From Candidatus Hadarchaeota archaeon (GTDB lineage: Archaea > Hadarchaeota > Hadarchaeia > Hadarchaeales > JAGGTB01), in contig CAYLJV010000001.1 of NCBI GenBank assembly GCA_964384105.1, forward strand, positions 640,001-704,000: a stretch of 64,000 nucleotides of DNA, in the 5' to 3' direction. Every line of letters starts with the position of its first letter. Positions within the stretch are counted from its first letter, which is position 1. The position numbers and the translations under genes were made by a program. Below the pieces are notes generated by a model, which saw nothing but the letters and a program-made list of their open reading frames with translations, had not been told where the DNA came from and searched no databases. Of this stretch, positions 58,920-64,000 are shown in pieces.

Positions 58920-60995
58920 CTAGGCTTTAATCCTTTTTAAGATTCTTTTTGCTTCTTCTTTTGGTTTTGGGAAATCTATTTCAGTAGCCCTTATCTCAAG
59001 CATATCAAAGTAATCGTCGTGTCTTATATTACCCTTTACTAGAAGTTCCGTTCCAATTAGATCTATTTTTTTATAAAATGATGAGAGCTCGCCTTCTTTT
59101 ATTTCCTCTCGAATCTCGTCAACCGATTTTCCTAACACTTTTTCTCCTAATTTTCCAAAGAGCACCATTCGAATGTTACTGCTTCCATCGTCTACAATCC
59201 CGTTAAGAACTGTTCTATAGTCCGGTTCAACTATTTCTCCGCATTCTTCGCAGAGAGCCTCAGAGTCATCAGTCCCCAAACTTCTCTCACACCTAGGGCA
59301 TATACTGAAGAAAGGTTTTCTCTCAAAAAGTTTAACGACAGTCCCACGAACCATAACTTTCGAGTTTTCTTTTACATTTTCTATTTTTACTCGCTCTGCG
59401 GTCAAAGGCTCTTTTTTGTTTATCTCGCTTGTCGGAGGCAAATCTACTCCTTCGGGATTTATTTCAACATTAGCTAGATTCCCAACGTGGATTTCTGGTC
59501 TGCCGTAATTACCGGCTACAGTGTAAGAATTTTCGATTTTCAACGAGTCACCTATCTCTAATTCGTCTAACAGCTCAGTTCTTGATCCCCATAAAGTGAC
59601 AGAACACGTGCCAGTTTTATCACCGATAGTTAGTGAAGCGACTTTTCCTTTTTCACCGCTTGAATTGGTGAATTCTCTAACCTCTGTCATGTTGATGATC
59701 CGTCCCATTACCTGGATGTAATCCATTCCTTCTTCTAATTCAGAAATTAGAAATCTGTTTGTTTCCGTTTTTCCTATTTCAATATTCTCTGGATTAATTT
59801 CTATTCTAGACTTTTCACCAATCTGTATCTCAGGTTTACCCCTTAGGCCCGCTCTACTTCTAGCATTTTCTATAAATATGAGATCCCCGGGGGACATTTT
59901 TTCGGCTGTTTCTGCTGCATTATCCCAGAAGGATAGTCTAATTGTTCCAGTCTCATCCGCAATTAGAGCATTCATAACTCTACCAGTAGATCCGTCTTTT
60001 CTTAAAAATTCGTTAACGGGGAAAGTTCTTTGGACTTTTCCAGCAAGGTCTAAAGTTGGCATATCCGGCTCTATATCTTCTATCTTTAATAGCTTCCTTT
60101 CGAATTCGGGTAAATCTCCTACTTCCTTTTTTGGTGGACTACGTATCAACCGACTTTGCCAGTTCACGTGAAGTTGGGGTATATCTTGTTTATCTTTTCT
60201 CACAGAAGCATTTTCAAGTTTTATAATATCTCCTTGTTCAATTCCTTTAACTTCCTCAGCTTTTTCATCCCATATGGAAACCCTAATTTGACCAGTCTCA
60301 TCTGCAATTCTCACGGTTGCTACTTTCCCTTTTGACCCGTCCGCCCTTTCGAATTCTCGAGGGTTGGTGACGGCGATAACCCTCCCTACTATATCTGCAT
60401 ATTCTAGATTGGAATCAATATCAGAAATTTTAATTTTAGTGTCTTCGAGGGATGGTAAATCCTCTACTCGCTCTCCTGTGGGTTCTGCTTCGATTTCGCT
60501 TCTCTTGCCAACGTTTAACTCCAGTGAGTTGGTTCGACCTTTTTTGATATATGCGTTTTTGAAACGGATGGACATACCTTTTTGTAATTCTCCCCTTGCC
60601 ACTAACTCAGCCATTTCGTCCCAAAGCACGACTCTGATCTCTCCGGTCTTGTCTATAATAGTTAGATTTGCTACTTTCCCTTTTGACCCGTCTTGTCTTT
60701 CAAATACATTAGGTTCAAATATCCTAGCTACTTTCCCTACAACGTCTATATTGGACATTCCTTCGCTAAGGTCCTCTATTCTTAGCTTTTTTATCTCCGG
60801 TTCTTCTCTTTCCAACGTGATGCCATAATTTCTAGCTATTATCGTTGCTGCTCCTTCCTCAGTAACGAAACCACTAAGCTCCTCTTGTTTTTTATTTATC
60901 CGGTTGATTACTTCTTCTCTTTTGGCTTCCGTCTTCTCGATTATTTTTTTTATTATGTCTTCCGTTTTTTCATTCATTTTCTTCCTAGAGTACAA
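58920..60995 (-). CDS. rpa: replication protein A (multi-OB ssDNA-binding protein with Zn finger)
   Basis: Four repeats of F.R.DGS.GKV....I.D.TG.IR...W followed by a CPRC...CEEC-containing OB fold; upstream of radA. Confidence 0.93.
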   Translation of the reverse strand: MYSRKKMNEKTEDIIKKIIEKTEAKREEVINRINKKQEELSGFVTEEGAATIIARNYGITLEREEPEIKKLRIEDLSEGMSNIDVVGKVARIFEPNVFERQDGSKGKVANLTIIDKTGEIRVVLWDEMAELVARGELQKGMSIRFKNAYIKKGRTNSLELNVGKRSEIEAEPTGERVEDLPSLEDTKIKISDIDSNLEYADIVGRVIAVTNPREFERADGSKGKVATVRIADETGQIRVSIWDEKAEEVKGIEQGDIIKLENASVRKDKQDIPQLHVNWQSRLIRSPPKKEVGDLPEFERKLLKIEDIEPDMPTLDLAGKVQRTFPVNEFLRKDGSTGRVMNALIADETGTIRLSFWDNAAETAEKMSPGDLIFIENARSRAGLRGKPEIQIGEKSRIEINPENIEIGKTETNRFLISELEEGMDYIQVMGRIINMTEVREFTNSSGEKGKVASLTIGDKTGTCSVTLWGSRTELLDELEIGDSLKIENSYTVAGNYGRPEIHVGNLANVEINPEGVDLPPTSEINKKEPLTAERVKIENVKENSKVMVRGTVVKLFERKPFFSICPRCERSLGTDDSEALCEECGEIVEPDYRTVLNGIVDDGSSNIRMVLFGKLGEKVLGKSVDEIREEIKEGELSSFYKKIDLIGTELLVKGNIRHDDYFDMLEIRATEIDFPKPKEEAKRILKRIKA
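60317..60692. repeat. 25-bp exact direct repeat inside rpa (60317-60341 and 60668-60692)
   Basis: TTGCTACTTTCCCTTTTGACCCGTC occurs twice, encoding DGSKGKVA in OB repeats 1 and 2. Confidence 0.85.
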
Positions 60996-61081
60996 TCGTT
61001 TTTTAGGTTAAAGAAATTAAGTCTATCAACTCTTGGGATTGAGAACTGTTAAATGTTGATAATTGAGTTGCTTTAGACCTA

Positions 61082-62194
61082 TTAAACTCCGGTTATTCTA
61101 AAGGGTACTGGAGTGAAACACGCTATAAATATTATATAAACTAATAATCCCAGCAGTTTTCTTCGCATATCTGGTTTAGTAACGTTGTTTAAGGGGGGTG
61201 GGTGTCCCGCACTATGAAAAAAGAGGGTAATAAATCCCCAAAAAATCCAGATTTCTCCACCGCCTGAATCAGTAAAGCTAGTTAAGTAGAAACCTAGTGC
61301 CAAAAGAATGATCGGAACGCCACTTGAAATATATTGATGTTTTTCCCCAAAGAGCGCTCTGGACACATGTCCTCCATCTAGCTGACCAACAGGGAGAAGA
61401 TTCAAGAAGGTGACAAAGAATCCAACCCATCCAGCAAAAGCCACGGGATGTAAACCACCTTCGTTCACTGGGATTAAGTAAGTAAGAGCTTGGTATATGA
61501 GTGGACGGCCTAGTTCTATTAAGCCTCCATCGGTTGGGACGGTGATTGGAGAAAGGTATAAACCTATTAATGTGACGGGTATGGCAAAAATTATACCTAA
61601 TAGGGGTCCAGCCGCTCCTATATCCAGAAGGGACTTTCTACTTGGAATCGGACTTTTAGTCTGTATTACAGCACCAAGTGTGCCTAATATGAATGGCGGT
61701 GGAACCGGAATGAAGTAGGGCAAGGTAGCGGCCACTCCCCGCCTTTTCGATATGATGTAATGACCCAGTTCGTGAGTTCCTAGAATCAACATTATAGATA
61801 GAGAAAACGGCCATCCTCTTAGTATACCCAAAGGATTATTGAAAACATCTACCCCGAACATAAGGGCTCCTGCAATCAGTGTGGTGATGATAGTAGCAAT
61901 AAACAGTATCAGATGTTTTTTCGATGTTTTTACAGTGGGTTCTCGATATCTTTTTACAGTTATTTTGCCGATTTCTTCTTCTTTGTCTAGAAAAAGAATG
62001 AATCCAATTTTCTTTAATCTGGATAGTGTGTTGTTGAATTTTTTTTCAACATCGCCTTCTAACTCGAAGTATATCCCAATTTCATCATAATTTACAGAAG
62101 TACTTTGAATCAGAAACTCTTCCCCAACTATTTTTTCTATCTTCTTTGTCTCTTCTTCAGAGATAGAGATTTCTGGCTTGCCTACTCCTTCCAT
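61082..62194 (-). CDS. site-2 protease (peptidase M50)
   Basis: HELGH, LPYFIP, GTLGAVI, AAGPL, HPVAFAGW, NLLPVGQLDGGH. Confidence 0.95.
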   Translation of the reverse strand: MEGVGKPEISISEEETKKIEKIVGEEFLIQSTSVNYDEIGIYFELEGDVEKKFNNTLSRLKKIGFILFLDKEEEIGKITVKRYREPTVKTSKKHLILFIATIITTLIAGALMFGVDVFNNPLGILRGWPFSLSIMLILGTHELGHYIISKRRGVAATLPYFIPVPPPFILGTLGAVIQTKSPIPSRKSLLDIGAAGPLLGIIFAIPVTLIGLYLSPITVPTDGGLIELGRPLIYQALTYLIPVNEGGLHPVAFAGWVGFFVTFLNLLPVGQLDGGHVSRALFGEKHQYISSGVPIILLALGFYLTSFTDSGGGEIWIFWGFITLFFHSAGHPPPLNNVTKPDMRRKLLGLLVYIIFIACFTPVPFRITGV

Positions 62195-62302
62195 TAAGTT
62201 CGTCCCAAAGCTATTCTTTCAGTCTAGCCTTTTCTTTTTTCTCCAATAATTTTTGTATATTAGTTGAAAAGACTTAATTTCAAACGATTCTATGTAGTTT
62301 TG

Positions 62303-64000
62303 ATGTCTATTTCAGTTGATGTAGGTGGAACATTTACAGACTTTGTTATATTTGAAGAGGATAAGATTCAGTATTACAAAGTTCCCTCTACTCCTAGAAG
62401 TCCGAAAGCTCTCAAAGAGGGAATTAAAAACAAAAAATACGAAGGCGAAGTCTTACTTGGATCAACAATTGCCATAAATGCTTTTCTTGAAAAAAGGGGT
62501 GCTGAAACAGCGTTTATAGTGAATGAAGGATTTGAAGATATCTTATTTATTGGAAGACAGACTCGTCCATATCTTTATGACTTGTACGTGAAGAAACCGA
62601 AACCTCCACTCAAAAAGAATAATTGTTATGGTATTCCTGGAAGGCTTGATTCTAAGGGAAGAATAGTTAGAGATTTAGATATTGAAAGGGTTAGAGCGAT
62701 AGCAACAGAACTGAAAGAAAAGAGTCTTTCTGCTGCAGTATGTCTTCTCCATTCATATGTTAATCCCGAGCACGAAAAGAAAATCGGACGTATTTTAGAA
62801 GAATATGATATTCCTTATTCTCTTTCTTGTGAGGTTTCAGGCGAGTTTAGGGAATACGAGAGGGGGATGACAACTCTTTTAGATGCTTACGTGGCCCCTC
62901 TGACTAGAGAATATTTTTCTTCTGCTGAAAAGATCTTTGAAAAAGAGCCATTAGTAATGAAGTCTGGAGGGGGATTGGAACCTGCCTCTACTGTGAAGCC
63001 AGTAGATTTATTCTATTCCGGCCCGGCTGGCGGAGTAGCTGGTAGTGCGTACATTGCGGGCATTACAGACGTGGAAAATATAGTAACTTTCGATATGGGT
63101 GGAACAAGTGCAGATATGGCTACAGTTATCAATGGTAAAATTTCTTGGAAAGATGAAGGAAAAGTTGGAGAGTTTCCAGTTCAGGCAAGAATGGTGGATA
63201 TCGTAACCGTCGGTTCGGGCGGAGGAAGTATTGCAAGATGTGATCGTGGAGGTATACTGAGAGTCGGTCCCGAGAGTGCAGGGTCGGAACCCGGTCCAGT
63301 ATGTTATGATAAAGGTGGAGAGAAACCCACTATCACAGATGCTTTACTTTTAATGGGATATATCAATCCGGACTACTTCTTGGGAGGGACAATGGAACTC
63401 GATGAAAAGCACGCACTTTCTTCTTTAGAGAAGTTATCTAATGAATTGGGAATGGATTTTGAAGATACTCTTTTAGGTATATTTCAAGTAGCCAATTCCA
63501 ATATGGGTAAAACAATGAAGAAAATAACCGTAGAGAAAGGTTTGGATCCAAAAGATTTCGCTATTTTAGCTTTTGGTGGCGCTGGACCGTTACATGCTGC
63601 ATACATAGGAGAAGAACTAGGGATAAATTATGTTATGGTCCCACCCATGCCAGGCGTTTTCTCTGCTTTCGGAATTGCAACGGGTGACATTGTCAGAGAT
63701 TACTCAAAAACTCTGATTTCTCCTTTGTCTGAAAGAGAGAAAATAGGACGAACTATTAAAGAACTTCAAGAAAAAGCAGTCGATGGTTCAGAAACTGTGT
63801 ACTTAGGATTGAGATATAAAGGTCAAAGTTATCATATAAATATTCCTTATGAAGGCAATATTGAGAAAAAATTTCATCAAGAACATGAAAGAAGATATGG
63901 TTATTCCGACGTAGAAACTCAAATTGAAGTAGTTAGAATTCACTTAGAAGTAAGGGAAACTTGTGATTTAGTAAGCTTTCCATCTAGGGAAAAGAGGACA
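62303..64000 (+). CDS. hydantoinase/5-oxoprolinase subunit A, truncated by window end
   Basis: Translated by eye: MSISVDVGGTFTD, KVPSTP, EFREYER, SGPAGGV, FDMGGTS, GSGGGS, VGPESAGS.PGP.CY, FGGAGPLHA; absent from the ORF track because no stop lies in the window. Confidence 0.92.
   Translation, partial: MSISVDVGGTFTDFVIFEEDKIQYYKVPSTPRSPKALKEGIKNKKYEGEVLLGSTIAINAFLEKRGAETAFIVNEGFEDILFIGRQTRPYLYDLYVKKPKPPLKKNNCYGIPGRLDSKGRIVRDLDIERVRAIATELKEKSLSAAVCLLHSYVNPEHEKKIGRILEEYDIPYSLSCEVSGEFREYERGMTTLLDAYVAPLTREYFSSAEKIFEKEPLVMKSGGGLEPASTVKPVDLFYSGPAGGVAGSAYIAGITDVENIVTFDMGGTSADMATVINGKISWKDEGKVGEFPVQARMVDIVTVGSGGGSIARCDRGGILRVGPESAGSEPGPVCYDKGGEKPTITDALLLMGYINPDYFLGGTMELDEKHALSSLEKLSNELGMDFEDTLLGIFQVANSNMGKTMKKITVEKGLDPKDFAILAFGGAGPLHAAYIGEELGINYVMVPPMPGVFSAFGIATGDIVRDYSKTLISPLSEREKIGRTIKELQEKAVDGSETVYLGLRYKGQSYHINIPYEGNIEKKFHQEHERRYGYSDVETQIEVVRIHLEVRETCDLVSFPSREKRT

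Noticed and set aside
1-64000. CRISPR arrays, tRNA/rRNA genes, transposases or integrases
   Set aside because: No regularly spaced repeats, cloverleaf or T-loop signatures, or mobile-element ORFs were seen; intergenic gaps are short. This was a visual scan only, so tRNAscan/Infernal should confirm.

Overview
This is a gene-dense, AT-rich archaeal chromosomal segment. Archaeal origin rests on two histones, fibrillarin/Nop5, GatDE, PolB, RFC, RadA/RPA, Mre11/Rad50, Hel308, class I CCA enzyme and a proteasome beta subunit. The His-type Thi4 and TreT would fit an anaerobic, possibly saline-habitat euryarchaeote-grade lineage such as Hadarchaeota/MSBL1, but I cannot confirm taxonomy without a search. 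About 57 credible CDS are present, mostly housekeeping; I saw no tRNA, rRNA, CRISPR array, transposase or intein. The standout accessory locus (3657-8502, minus strand) is a tightly packed operon: a GH3-family acyl-acid amido synthetase, a stand-alone 7TM sensor domain, a soluble histidine kinase and a single-domain receiver, preceded by a truncated TFB-like protein. It is a candidate small-molecule signal synthase/receptor system (inference). Other points of note are a single-repeat TBP-like protein next to a histone, a variant histone lacking tetramerisation residues, and a proteasome beta subunit without Thr1. There is also a degenerate amidohydrolase/DHODH-like pair, a structured intergenic RNA candidate with CCUCCCC loops, an unannotated 53-aa Cys-rich ORF and a DNA-repair supercluster lacking herA/nurA. 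All product calls come from motif recognition by eye; no database searches were run.
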